DNA of 64,000 bases from Parcubacteria group bacterium (GTDB lineage Bacteria; Patescibacteriota; Minisyncoccia; Moranbacterales; GCA-2747515): NCBI GenBank assembly GCA_041660065.1, contig JBAZXC010000001.1, positions 392,535 through 456,534 of the forward strand. The letters run 5' to 3'. Positions 9,196-19,217 of the stretch are shown one piece after another. Below the pieces are notes generated by a model. It did not search any database. It was given only the letters and a program-made list of their open reading frames with translations, and was not told the origin of the DNA. Both the position numbers and the translations under genes were made by a program. The stretch's first letter is position 1. Every line of letters begins with the position of its first letter.

Positions 9196-9367
9196 CAGTA
9201 TAAAACCTACACACTCATATGATACATGAGGTTGAAAATCAAAACGATCGCAAGAATGACCACAAGAAAAAGATAGATCACTTCTTGTTTCGATTGAATT
9301 ATCCCGTTTGTTTTTTCGTCCAAAAATGTTCGTAATCGATCAAGCATATTTTTTTTATTTTAAAAAA

Positions 9368-9820
9368 TTAAAACCCTGCAAAAACCCTGCACGAAGAACC
9401 ATCTGCCGGCGTCACATCTGTAATAACCTCACATCCGTCTTTTTTGCAACAAAACACTTCAGTGTCATGCGGCGTTGGTGGCACAGCACCATTTGTGCGA
9501 TAAACCGAAAAATAATATTCTCCAGTGCCAGAACTAGATCCTGCCTGCGTAGCATATGCGAAATCCAATTTTGCAAGATCAGACCATTGCGCATCAGAGC
9601 CCTCACAAACAGACCCCTGCAAACCTGGTAAAGATATTTCCTTTTTTACCAATACGCACTCTTCGATCTTTGGAAGTAGCTGACGTGCTTCCGCATAGGC
9701 AGCTGAGCGATTTGCCTTGACCTTTGCTGTGGATAATGCAACCAAAACATTCGCCGCCAACAATCCGATAATTGCCATGATAATTAAAAGCTCAATGAGC
9801 GTAAACCCTTTTTTATGCAT
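9368..9820 (-). CDS. type IV pilin / prepilin-type N-terminal cleavage-methylation domain protein
   Basis: MHKKGFTLIELLIIMAIIGLLA is a class III signal peptide. Confidence 0.8.
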   Translation of the reverse strand: MHKKGFTLIELLIIMAIIGLLAANVLVALSTAKVKANRSAAYAEARQLLPKIEECVLVKKEISLPGLQGSVCEGSDAQWSDLAKLDFAYATQAGSSSGTGEYYFSVYRTNGAVPPTPHDTEVFCCKKDGCEVITDVTPADGSSCRVFAGF

Positions 9821-9868
9821 ACCTTGTCATAAATAATTACTTAAAAAATATCCTTACAAAACATTATA

Positions 9869-11200
9869 TCATACTACATCGTCTCTTGCCCATATACTAT
9901 GATTTTTTCGTAAATGATAAAAAGCGATTGCTCCACACACTGTTCGATATGTGATCAATGCGATAAGAAACACCGTGATCGTCACTGTTTGTGTCACATA
10001 TGCAATGCAAATGATACTTGCATAGGTAATGAATCCAAATACAAATGACAGATTGTACCGTTTATACCCCTTTTGCGATATACTTGATAAGATCCACCCA
10101 TAAAGCGATGCGAAGAAATGCACACCCATATACACCGCACCTAAAAAGATCCATAGCCACACAAAAGGATACCCATTACCATACAGCGCAACAATACAAG
10201 CGATGCCCACTCCGGAAAAAAGAACAACCGGCAAGAACGTACGAATACACATGCGATCAATTTTTGCGATCACCGATTGGATACGATCGGCATGCATACG
10301 CACCGATGGAAAAAACACACTGACAAAAAGTTGTGTGATCCGTGCACCGATCACTACGATTGCCGTAAAATATACCGCATATACACCGGCAGTTTTCACG
10401 CCAAGCACAGCAGCAATGATCAACGTGTCCGCATTTTTGATCACGCCATTGACCACCGCATTAATGAGACCAAACGCATTATAATGGAATACTGTGTTCA
10501 TTTTTTCCACATCCCATGCCTTCACCGTCAACAGGCGACGTGTAGCAATTCCTCCTGCAATAGTAAACGCTCCCCCTGCAATCGTCAGTGCCAATGCATA
10601 ACTTGCAAAAGTACGATCATGCATCCCCCACATAAAGATCACCAAAAAGATCACGACAACGATTCCCTCTCCGAGTCGCAAGATCGCCTGCCACACAAAT
10701 TTTTCATCTGCACGTAAAAATGCGTCCATCATGCGTTTTGTAGAAAATACCACCGCAAAACCCAATGCGTACAAAAAAACACCTTGTGACATCTGTACAA
10801 AATGAAAGAAATGAAAAACACTTTCCGCCAAGAGTGAAAAAACAATGATGTTGATCCCAAACATCAAAAGAATTGATGACATGAGTCCTTTTTTATCTTC
10901 TTTTTTTTCTGAAAGAAAATACAACGCCGATACATCCAGCTCAAGCACATACAATAATGACACGATTTGCGCAATAGAGAAAAATACGGAATACAGCCCA
11001 TATTCCTCTGGACCCAAGACGCGCGCAACAACAACATTGGCAGAAAAAAGCAACGCAAAAGCACCTAACCCGCCCACAATCGATACGGTAAGATTTTTGG
11101 CGAACTGCATTGTTCGTGCTCCCGCATCGCCACCGATCACGATCCTATGGATGACATTGGCGAGTCGATGCATTTTTTCTCTTGTAAACAGTGTATTCAT
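9869..11200 (-). CDS. polysaccharide biosynthesis protein / oligosaccharide flippase (Wzx-like, MOP superfamily)
   Basis: 443-aa polytopic membrane protein with the N-terminal pattern typical of Wzx/MurJ-family flippases. Sits in a glycosyltransferase cluster. Confidence 0.6.
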   Translation of the reverse strand: MNTLFTREKMHRLANVIHRIVIGGDAGARTMQFAKNLTVSIVGGLGAFALLFSANVVVARVLGPEEYGLYSVFFSIAQIVSLLYVLELDVSALYFLSEKKEDKKGLMSSILLMFGINIIVFSLLAESVFHFFHFVQMSQGVFLYALGFAVVFSTKRMMDAFLRADEKFVWQAILRLGEGIVVVIFLVIFMWGMHDRTFASYALALTIAGGAFTIAGGIATRRLLTVKAWDVEKMNTVFHYNAFGLINAVVNGVIKNADTLIIAAVLGVKTAGVYAVYFTAIVVIGARITQLFVSVFFPSVRMHADRIQSVIAKIDRMCIRTFLPVVLFSGVGIACIVALYGNGYPFVWLWIFLGAVYMGVHFFASLYGWILSSISQKGYKRYNLSFVFGFITYASIICIAYVTQTVTITVFLIALITYRTVCGAIAFYHLRKNHSIWARDDVV

Positions 11201-12462
11201 GTTGTGTGTTTTTTTATCGCTTTATCATATATATCCATGAGACGTGTATAGTATATTTTTTCATTATTGATCGCAGATACGCGTTCGCGTGCTGACACGC
11301 CCATACGTTCACCCAATGACGGATCATCGATAAATTTCTGCATTTTATCCGCAAGATTTGCCGCATCTTCCGACTGAAAAACATACCCGCTCACGCCATC
11401 TTCGATCATCTCCTTTGTGCCTCCAGCATCCGATACAATCACCGGTGTTGTACATGCCATGGATTCCGAGATTGCGATCGGTGAATTGTCATACCACACT
11501 GACGGAAGTACTGCAACCGCCGCCTGTTGCATCAGCATAAACCATTCCCGACTGCCCTTTTGATGAAATCCCGCAAAACTGATCACATCAACCAGTCCCT
11601 CTTTGTGCACAAGATCACGTAATCTATTTTCTTCCGGACCTTTGCCGGCGATCACACAGCGCCATTCACCCAGCGTACCGCGTTCTTTGAGTTTTTGTAT
11701 CGCCGCAATCAATACCGGCAAACCCTTCTCCTGTGCGATCCGCCCCATATACAAGAAGAAATGACTCTTTGGAACGGTTTGCTCGGGATACGACCGAAAA
11801 TTCAACACGTTGCGCAAAATCACGATCTTCTCTGCGGGTATACCATACGTCACACAGATATTTCGCATAAATTCGCTTGGCGCCACAAAGATGTCCACAT
11901 CATCATAAAACCGACGCCATCGATTGACATAACCCTCGATCATACCAACGAAACTTTCACTCCATGAATTGTCAATTGATTTGTTCAAAAAGATTTTGTA
12001 ATATGACCCGTTCTGGCATGAATTATCGATTTTGCCATGGGAAAACAATGTGTAATTTGGACAGATCGCGTGATAATCCGATAATTTAAATACGATTGGC
12101 ACACCGTGTTTTTTGAGTACGCGAAAAATGCCCGGCGTCAAATAATGATAAATATTGTGCACATGGGCAACATCCGGTTTCTTTTTTTGGAGCAAGAGAT
12201 CCAATTTTTTCATTGCTTCACGATTGTAGAGCACGCGTGGCAAAAGCCGTATTTTTTGCCACATATTCTTGGTAGCGCGAATATCGAAATGCTCGGCAAA
12301 ATACACGTTCTCACGCGCATACTCATTATCCGGATCATGCATTGCAAAAACCATCACTTCATGTCCCATTGATTCAAGAAGTTCTTTGGTCTCAAAAAAA
12401 GCCGACACTGACCCGCCACCGCGTTTTTTACTGTAATATTTGTGTATTTGTAATATTTTCAT
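11197..12462 (-). CDS. glycosyltransferase family 4 (GT-B, group 1)
   Basis: C-terminal EX7E-like GT4 core (GRIAQEKGLPVLIAAI...VIAGKGPEE). Confidence 0.75.
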   Translation of the reverse strand: MKILQIHKYYSKKRGGGSVSAFFETKELLESMGHEVMVFAMHDPDNEYARENVYFAEHFDIRATKNMWQKIRLLPRVLYNREAMKKLDLLLQKKKPDVAHVHNIYHYLTPGIFRVLKKHGVPIVFKLSDYHAICPNYTLFSHGKIDNSCQNGSYYKIFLNKSIDNSWSESFVGMIEGYVNRWRRFYDDVDIFVAPSEFMRNICVTYGIPAEKIVILRNVLNFRSYPEQTVPKSHFFLYMGRIAQEKGLPVLIAAIQKLKERGTLGEWRCVIAGKGPEENRLRDLVHKEGLVDVISFAGFHQKGSREWFMLMQQAAVAVLPSVWYDNSPIAISESMACTTPVIVSDAGGTKEMIEDGVSGYVFQSEDAANLADKMQKFIDDPSLGERMGVSARERVSAINNEKIYYTRLMDIYDKAIKKHTT

Positions 12463-13909
12463 ATCTCTATCATCTCATCCATGTTATAATAAAGCAATAT
12501 ACAAAAAAAGTCTAAAAAATAATCCCTCCATTATGAACGATGATCTCTCAATTGCCTCAAAAGAAACCTCCGGCATACTCCTCATAATTGGCCTCGTCAC
12601 CATTCTTCTCGTTCACATCTTTTTTCTCCTTCCCTTTCCCATCACGTGCGGTGTGACAGCGCTTTATGTGCTTGTAATCTTTTTTCTCCATCGACCGCTA
12701 GAAGGATTTTTTGCACTGCTTGTCATACGTGCATCTGTTGATTTTTTGGATACATATTTTTCCGTCTCTTTATCCGAAACCATCACGTTAAATGTTGCGG
12801 CGATCCTCGGTCTGCTTCTCATCGCCATGACATGTGTACTTGCACTTACACATCGCAAAGACCTGTTTCGTCGCCCACTTGTTGTATCATTTGGACTTTT
12901 TATCATTTTCAGCGCAGGAAGTATCTTTTATTCCATTGACCAAGGTGCGACATTTGAAGAAACCTCCCGCATCATCAGTATTTTTGCCGCATTTCTCGGT
13001 ACGCACATCTTGTGCATAAGAGTACCACACGCACGTAAAACACTCATCACAGCGACACTTTTTGCAGCGATTCTCCCGCTGACATTTGCAATTTTTCAAC
13101 TGGCATCCGGTACCGGTTATAGCGACAATACCGGTACAGAAGGACGTCTCTTTGGCACATTCAAACACCCCAACTCTTTTGCATCTTTTCTTTTGGTCGT
13201 GATCGCACTGCTCACGTATCGTGTCTTTGAAACATTATCCCAGCGGTACAACCGCAACACTGCTTTGACACTCCTCGGTGTTACTGTGACCATTCTTCTC
13301 CTCACCTTCAGTCGTGGCGGTTGGTTTGCATTTTTGATCTTTTTTGGACTTTTCGGACTTTTGCGCGCACCAAAAGTGATCTTTGTTATTATTGCGATCG
13401 CAGTCACATTCTTTTTTACATCACAAACTGTTCACGATCGCATTGAGGATATTTACAATCCACCGGCCGACAGTTCGATCCGTTGGCGCATTCAGCAATG
13501 GAAAAATGCTGTTGCCGCGTGGCAGTTATCACCGATCTATGGCTATGGCGCCGGTACGGAAATTGCGATCTTTGAAAAAGAACAGGGCTATTACGCAGGC
13601 AATCCCTACACGCACAATGACATCATCAAAGTACTCCAAGAAACAGGCATCATCGGCACCGGCTTATTTTTACTGCTTCTCGGTGTCACATGCATCCGCT
13701 TGATCAAAACATATCACGCGACCCAAAACGCGAGCGAGCGACTCTTTGTATTGATCATTCTCCTGCTCTTTATCGCACAGATCGGCTTTGGCATGAGTTC
13801 AAACATCTGGCGTGGTACAGCAGTGCAATGGTTTCTCTGGGCACTTATTGCATGTGCGCTTTCATATAATGCACCACGCAAAAACTCACATCAGCTACAC
13901 AAAAATTAA
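12440..13909 (+). CDS. O-antigen ligase / polymerase family membrane protein (Wzy_C-like)
   Basis: Polytopic, with a TFSRGGW motif and the large periplasmic loop typical of O-antigen ligase-like proteins. Confidence 0.6.
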   Translation: MCICNIFISLSSHPCYNKAIYKKSLKNNPSIMNDDLSIASKETSGILLIIGLVTILLVHIFFLLPFPITCGVTALYVLVIFFLHRPLEGFFALLVIRASVDFLDTYFSVSLSETITLNVAAILGLLLIAMTCVLALTHRKDLFRRPLVVSFGLFIIFSAGSIFYSIDQGATFEETSRIISIFAAFLGTHILCIRVPHARKTLITATLFAAILPLTFAIFQLASGTGYSDNTGTEGRLFGTFKHPNSFASFLLVVIALLTYRVFETLSQRYNRNTALTLLGVTVTILLLTFSRGGWFAFLIFFGLFGLLRAPKVIFVIIAIAVTFFFTSQTVHDRIEDIYNPPADSSIRWRIQQWKNAVAAWQLSPIYGYGAGTEIAIFEKEQGYYAGNPYTHNDIIKVLQETGIIGTGLFLLLLGVTCIRLIKTYHATQNASERLFVLIILLLFIAQIGFGMSSNIWRGTAVQWFLWALIACALSYNAPRKNSHQLHKN

Positions 13910-13933
13910 CTCTTTGGTCATACCAAAACGAAA

Positions 13934-13965
13934 GGAGCAGGTTACAAACCTGCTCCTGCAAAATC
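13934..13965. repeat. hairpin repeat GGAGCAGGTTACAAACCTGCTCCTGCAAAATC (copy 1; likely terminator-like)
   Basis: Perfect 9-bp stem. A related copy lies at 21211-21244. Confidence 0.5.
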
Positions 13966-14023
13966 CCACTGTCCTTCGGACATCTCCCTTTACAAAAGGA
14001 AGAGTCTTCCATGTTTAGCATTT

Positions 14024-14563
14024 CTAATAAGCTGCAACCATTGACAATCGATCGATCTCTTCTTGCAATAAGTCCATGTTCTTTTGGATCATGGTTTTTT
14101 GTTCTTTGGTAATAGTCGGCGCAAAGACCGCTTGCTCCATACTGCGGATGTATTGCCTGATGTACAATGGTGTGTTGCGCGCCTCGTCAAAATACGCCAC
14201 CGTGCGTCCTTGTGGCGGAAAGAACATGTGCACAGAATTATCCTCATCATAATAGATCGTCTCACGATCGATCTGCGCCGCGATCTCATCAAGCGTACGC
14301 AATTGTCGCATGAATTCTTCTTTATCACTGTCAGTCATTTTTGTTTTTACATTCATCAGTAACGCCTGAGATGTCTGCATCTCATTTACCATCGTGTAGA
14401 GACGCGTCATTTTTGCGTGCATGATGTTGTAGTGATCTTGTTGCTCCTCGCGAATGAGAAGTTCACCATACGCCAATCCAGCATTGCACATCAAAAAAAC
14501 GATGTATATGGTACACGCACCTGCAAAAAGTATTCCCGTAATTAAAAGTATTTTTTTCATCAT
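14024..14563 (-). CDS. hypothetical membrane-anchored protein
   Basis: Likely start at MMKKILLITG. Signal or TM helix, then a soluble domain. Confidence 0.4.
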   Translation of the reverse strand: MMKKILLITGILFAGACTIYIVFLMCNAGLAYGELLIREEQQDHYNIMHAKMTRLYTMVNEMQTSQALLMNVKTKMTDSDKEEFMRQLRTLDEIAAQIDRETIYYDEDNSVHMFFPPQGRTVAYFDEARNTPLYIRQYIRSMEQAVFAPTITKEQKTMIQKNMDLLQEEIDRLSMVAAY

Positions 14564-14616
14564 AATTGATTTGATATATATGCCATTTTTTCTTTTGTAT
14601 TGAGACTTGCACATTT

Positions 14617-14686
14617 GTCATCCTGAACTCGTTTCAGGATCTAGTTAAGCCATACATGCGAGATCCTGAAACAAGTTCAGGATGAC
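14617..14686. repeat. nested-palindrome intergenic repeat (GTCATCCTGAACTYGTTTCAGGATCT arms)
   Basis: Two 26-nt arms in inverted orientation (1 mismatch). Each arm is itself a hairpin. Copies at 26028-26087 and a partial copy at 63985-64000. Confidence 0.7.
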
Positions 14687-14795
14687 ATGGCTATTAGATA
14701 AGCTCTAGCACACATCCATCTTATCAATTTTCTGCTACAAAAGAAAGAAGCCCTGCAAACTGTTATAGTTTACAGGGCTTCGGTTGAGGTCCGTG

Positions 14796-15713
14796 TTACT
14801 TATTCGACACATACGTTTCCGTTTGTGCCGCCCAGAGAGCTCTGAACACATTGTCTACCTTGAGGGTAGCAATGTAGTCGTAGATCCGCGAGCCATCCCC
14901 GTTAAACATCCAACGGGGATTGAGGATCCTGATGTCAATCAGCTCCTGTTCGTACCAAGCAAGCTTGGTGCCGAATCCGCCTTGGAGATATCCGGAGTCC
15001 TTACCCCAGAGGTACCCGAGATTGGCGTTGAATGTGGGAGTCAGTCTCCAATGATTGACATCATCGAGATACCAGTCATAGAGATCTGCCGACCCAAACA
15101 ACACGAATTGACGATTATCGTACGGGTCATACTTCCCCTTAGAGTCATGATAACTAACATTATAAGGATGGATGTAGTGAATCCCCACTTCCCAGAATGG
15201 AAGAAGTTTCTCACCGGCACCGCGCCCTGACTCATCGCCGTAACGCAGACGAGCCTCGATCTGACTCTCGGTCTGCTGTGAGCTAAGCTTGGAATTCCAG
15301 CTATCAGTTTCCTGACGCAGAATACCCAGCTCTGCTTCGGTTTCGCGATGCCTGTCGTGATGATATACACCACTCACGCCACCGCCAACCGTCCTATAGT
15401 CGGAATTAGACCATTGGCCTTTTTTCCGATCATAGGTGTCAGCACTCCCTTCGGTATAAGTCACATACCCTCCAGCATCCAACTTGCCCATACGGAGTGG
15501 ACGGACACGTGCCTTGATGTTTGTGCTCTCACCATGCCGATCCTTATCCCCTCCACCAAATGGTGAGAACTTGGAATGAGTAATGTCGAAAGCGTCCACG
15601 GATTGTATTCCGCGGAATTTCACTTTCGGCTCCGGCGGTTGCTCTTCATCACCAGCATACGCCGATGATGCAATGAGCAAACACATTGCGATCAAACATA
15701 AAAGTTTTTTCAT
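14796..15713 (-). CDS. secreted beta-rich protein (possible barrel/porin-like), GC-elevated
   Basis: Signal peptide MKKLLCLIAMCLLIASSAYA. Aromatic- and Gly-rich, with alternating-hydrophobic strands. GC is higher than the flanks. Confidence 0.5.
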   Translation of the reverse strand: MKKLLCLIAMCLLIASSAYAGDEEQPPEPKVKFRGIQSVDAFDITHSKFSPFGGGDKDRHGESTNIKARVRPLRMGKLDAGGYVTYTEGSADTYDRKKGQWSNSDYRTVGGGVSGVYHHDRHRETEAELGILRQETDSWNSKLSSQQTESQIEARLRYGDESGRGAGEKLLPFWEVGIHYIHPYNVSYHDSKGKYDPYDNRQFVLFGSADLYDWYLDDVNHWRLTPTFNANLGYLWGKDSGYLQGGFGTKLAWYEQELIDIRILNPRWMFNGDGSRIYDYIATLKVDNVFRALWAAQTETYVSNK

Positions 15714-15718
15714 AATCA

Positions 15719-16366
15719 CTACCTCCCTATTTGTCTTTGATATTCCTTCATAAAATCCCATGTGCTGGCGACTTTGATGACGGCATTGTTTTCCTGTTGT
15801 GCCACTTTAGAAGGCTTTGATACCTTTTGTGGCTTTTCAACAACAGCATCTTTTTTCTCCACCACCTGCACAGTTTTGACAACTGGCGATGGCGAAGGAG
15901 CTAGCGTTTCCGGCTTTGCAATGACAACCTTCTCCGGCGCCCTTGCAATAACCTCTTGCTTTGGCACTGGTGGCGGTTGCACGCGTGGTTGTGCGATCTC
16001 TTGCGAGACTGCACTTCCACGTTGTTCGCCTGCTTCCAGCGTGACGATCTGACGCGTTGCCGCACCGGAACTGTTCACACTGATCGCAAGAGCCGTGATT
16101 GGCACTTCTGTACTTACTGGTGTGATGAGTCGCCACCATGTACGATTTTTTTCATCGTACCCGATGACATCACCTTTCACCGTGTAGCGCACAGATGCAC
16201 TACCGATCTTGCCATTCTTCCACTGCGCTGTATCAGACGACAGGAGCGAACTCCATGCCGACTGCACGACATCAAGACCTTTTAACGTATCTTGCGTCAC
16301 AGTGGCAGCGAGTAGCATGTGTGGCAGAAGCCACACGAGAAAAGATATAACAAGTATTCTTTTCAT
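15719..16366 (-). CDS. secreted protein with Pro-rich C-terminal region
   Basis: Signal peptide MKRILVISFLVWLLPHMLLAA. PPPVPKQ...PSPSPVVK low-complexity linker. Confidence 0.5.
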   Translation of the reverse strand: MKRILVISFLVWLLPHMLLAATVTQDTLKGLDVVQSAWSSLLSSDTAQWKNGKIGSASVRYTVKGDVIGYDEKNRTWWRLITPVSTEVPITALAISVNSSGAATRQIVTLEAGEQRGSAVSQEIAQPRVQPPPVPKQEVIARAPEKVVIAKPETLAPSPSPVVKTVQVVEKKDAVVEKPQKVSKPSKVAQQENNAVIKVASTWDFMKEYQRQIGR

Positions 16367-16367
16367 T

Positions 16368-17387
16368 CTACATCCCTCCTGTCATGTTTTGAATATGGGC
16401 TTTCTGATACATCCCGAGCAGAAGCTCGAACTGTTCAGAAAAATCCTTCCGTTGACACATACCACGAGCCGTCATCGACTCCCATGCCGTGTCCATAAAC
16501 GACGCAATACTGCCATCCACCATACTTGACAGAGCACCCAGCCCCATCAATCCCGGCGTACCACCAAGTGGCAACCGCAACCGTGACACAAATTTCTGCC
16601 ACGGCGTGATAAGGGGGTTTTTGGCAAGCAATTTCTCCATATCCTCTTCGGACAGGTAACTTGCCACAATTTCCCCATCAGGCAACTTCAACTGATATCC
16701 GATGTCAGAAAGCATCTTCTTGCGAAAAGCCTCCCACTTCGGATCACCGTCGACGACAGCAATCTCTTGCACATCATCAGTGGTCATCACAACCCCGAAA
16801 CCTTCAATACGCTTTTTCCACGTATCGTTGATCACAGGAATTGTCTTGCCAAGTTGCTTCATGAGCTCGATCCGATATTTTGGTTCTTTTTCGAATTTCG
16901 CCCAATCATAGGTTTGCTCATCTACGATCGTGTACTCGTACCCAGGTACGGCACCGATCGGAGACGCCAGCCACACGCCACCATCCTTATTGGTAACTGC
17001 AAAAGCGTATTCACCGCGTAACATATCATCCTTGTCACCAAGGCCAACACACTGCGCAGGGATCATCGCCCACGGATTTTTGTCACCAAATGCCTGACTC
17101 GGCACAGAATAACAAAATCCCTTGACCATCGGTGCATTTTCATCTTTCAATGACACACCGACGAATGGGAATACACCCGAGAATGACTTATCCATCTCGA
17201 CAAGAAATCGCGATGGTACAACACCGGTAAAATTAAAAATTTTACCACCGGCTTTTTCCAGCTGGTCGGGATGCATTACCGTCATCCCTTGCTCTGGTTG
17301 TGTAAGTGCAAAATTTGGCATTTGACTAGCACAGCCAGTCAAAAACAAAAACCCTAAACAAATAGAAATCACTGTGATATTTTTCAT
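16368..17387 (-). CDS. lipoprotein (hypothetical)
   Basis: Lipobox LFLTGCAS after a signal peptide. 2-nt gap to the downstream gene. Confidence 0.55.
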   Translation of the reverse strand: MKNITVISICLGFLFLTGCASQMPNFALTQPEQGMTVMHPDQLEKAGGKIFNFTGVVPSRFLVEMDKSFSGVFPFVGVSLKDENAPMVKGFCYSVPSQAFGDKNPWAMIPAQCVGLGDKDDMLRGEYAFAVTNKDGGVWLASPIGAVPGYEYTIVDEQTYDWAKFEKEPKYRIELMKQLGKTIPVINDTWKKRIEGFGVVMTTDDVQEIAVVDGDPKWEAFRKKMLSDIGYQLKLPDGEIVASYLSEEDMEKLLAKNPLITPWQKFVSRLRLPLGGTPGLMGLGALSSMVDGSIASFMDTAWESMTARGMCQRKDFSEQFELLLGMYQKAHIQNMTGGM

Positions 17388-17625
17388 GATCCTTCTCCTT
17401 TTATGTAGATTTATAAAATTTTTAAATTAACACGAACCATTGTGACCTGTGTAGATCACGCATAAATACACAATTTTTTCTGTATTTATGCGCCATATCT
17501 CTACAGATTGTTAACCGTTTATTTTATCACAAAATCAAGAAAAAGTCAATAGCTGTGGCAAAAAGAAAAAACCGGGGTAATCCTATTAAGAATTACACCC
17601 GGCTCGTGATCACTGACACTGCTAC

Positions 17626-18042
17626 CTACTTATACAGGTTGGCTGGCACGCTGTAGAGCGGTCCCCTGTTGACTGTGAGATGGTGCCCACTTGGTCCACC
17701 ATCTTCCGATCCATCTTGCCGGAAAGTGTATCCCCGACTTTTCAGCCAGCCAATGGCTGATTCATGGGACGGCAGGTCTCTTGCGCAGTCCAGGTGGATC
17801 ATCCATCCATCTACGTTGGCGAGAGTCTTGACCTTGTATCCGGAACCTTTCTTAATGATTTCGAATGCGTAGTCATAGTCCTGCGCCCATCCGTCTGCGC
17901 GGAACCTTTCACCACACGACAGATTTTCCGTGAATGTGACGTCGGCATTCCTGCTATTTCTTGCAGGCGCCGGTGAGGCACACGCAGAAACGATCAATAC
18001 CGTCAACATCATAAAAAAGAACCCTGTAACTTTTGTCTTCAT
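17626..18042 (-). CDS. lipoprotein (hypothetical)
   Basis: Start MKTKVTGFFF preceded by aaggagag. Lipobox VSACAS. Confidence 0.5.
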   Translation of the reverse strand: MKTKVTGFFFMMLTVLIVSACASPAPARNSRNADVTFTENLSCGERFRADGWAQDYDYAFEIIKKGSGYKVKTLANVDGWMIHLDCARDLPSHESAIGWLKSRGYTFRQDGSEDGGPSGHHLTVNRGPLYSVPANLYK

Positions 18043-18162
18043 GACATTCTCTCCTTGTTTGTATTTTTTTAATATCATGCCATCATGCGATAGCACAAAA
18101 AAAATTGGTCTGTCATACTTTAATAGCATAACAGACCATTATACACCTTTTTAGAGTCCTTG

Positions 18163-19035
18163 TCAAGGGGCTCTGGGAAGGCTTTTCTTGAAAACCAGTG
18201 ACTCACTGCTTTTGGGCACTGTACTCACTGGCACCGTTGATGTCGGCGATCCGCTGATGATAAAGAGAGAAATCGTATCATAACTCCCTCGATGATCAGT
18301 GAATGGCTCTTGTGTACCTGGCTCAAACACTTGTTTGTAACTTTCGCCAGGATATGTCAACTCTGGTAATTTTGCCAAAATAGTGGTTTCGTTACCATAA
18401 TTGTGCATACAACTACCATCCGGCCATGCGCGAGGATAAAAAACCCCTCCACTCACACGACCACGCTTAGCTTTGTACTGAATGCCCTTTGATTTTGTCG
18501 GGCGATACTGCACTTCGATAGCATCAGCGCCATTTGGTTGCAACGCCATGATCGCATCTGGTACACGTCCGCTGAACTCACCTTCATCACACGTCGCCAC
18601 AATTGCAGCGGATGCAGGATGTTTCACAGCAGGCGTCGGTGGTGGTGCAACGGAAACTGTTGTAGTAACCAGTGGCTGTAAAGCCTCACCCCATACACGC
18701 TTGAATTGACTGCCCTGTGTCGGACAAACATCAAGCAGGGTTAATCCTGATTGAGGATTTTTGAGATAATTCTGCAATTTGCGCAGAAGCTTATCACTGA
18801 TATCAATATTTTCCTTGCCACCAGGTCCGGTAATGATCACCGTTCGACCTGTTCCCGATACTCGCACAATTTCCGTGCCGATCGTGAACGATCGAGTAAG
18901 TTTTGCGGCAACATCACCGCGTTGCTTTTCTGCAACAATTGTGACTGTTCTCGCCGCATACGCCGATCTGGCCATGCCAACTAACAGCACACAAAACAAC
19001 ATTACAATACATACACGCCACGTTTTCATACCCAA
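18163..19035 (-). CDS. secreted protein (hypothetical)
   Basis: Signal peptide ending in SAYAARTV. No recognised domain. Confidence 0.5.
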   Translation of the reverse strand: MGMKTWRVCIVMLFCVLLVGMARSAYAARTVTIVAEKQRGDVAAKLTRSFTIGTEIVRVSGTGRTVIITGPGGKENIDISDKLLRKLQNYLKNPQSGLTLLDVCPTQGSQFKRVWGEALQPLVTTTVSVAPPPTPAVKHPASAAIVATCDEGEFSGRVPDAIMALQPNGADAIEVQYRPTKSKGIQYKAKRGRVSGGVFYPRAWPDGSCMHNYGNETTILAKLPELTYPGESYKQVFEPGTQEPFTDHRGSYDTISLFIISGSPTSTVPVSTVPKSSESLVFKKSLPRAP

Positions 19036-19217
19036 CCTCCCCTATTTAAATTTGGTATTTTCCATACCTTTTTTTTCAAGAACAACCTTTGAAGTCAGAC
19101 CTCTTCCGACTCTGCATGTGGCGCAACTATTTTGCGCCACACAGCAGAATTGTGATCTTTTGAACACTTTTCTACGGATAGACAAGTGTATCACAGATCA
19201 CGGGTGCATGCAATCTC

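Noticed and set aside
17458-17497. 11-bp-stem hairpin cgcataaatacac...gtatttatgcg upstream of the lipoprotein operon
   Set aside because: No flanking T-run on either strand, so it is not a convincing terminator. It may be an operator, but there is no further evidence.
19040-19100. Hairpin ggtattttccatacc plus T-run downstream of the GC-rich block
   Set aside because: Its orientation would terminate a plus-strand transcript, but no plus-strand gene is upstream. Likely incidental.
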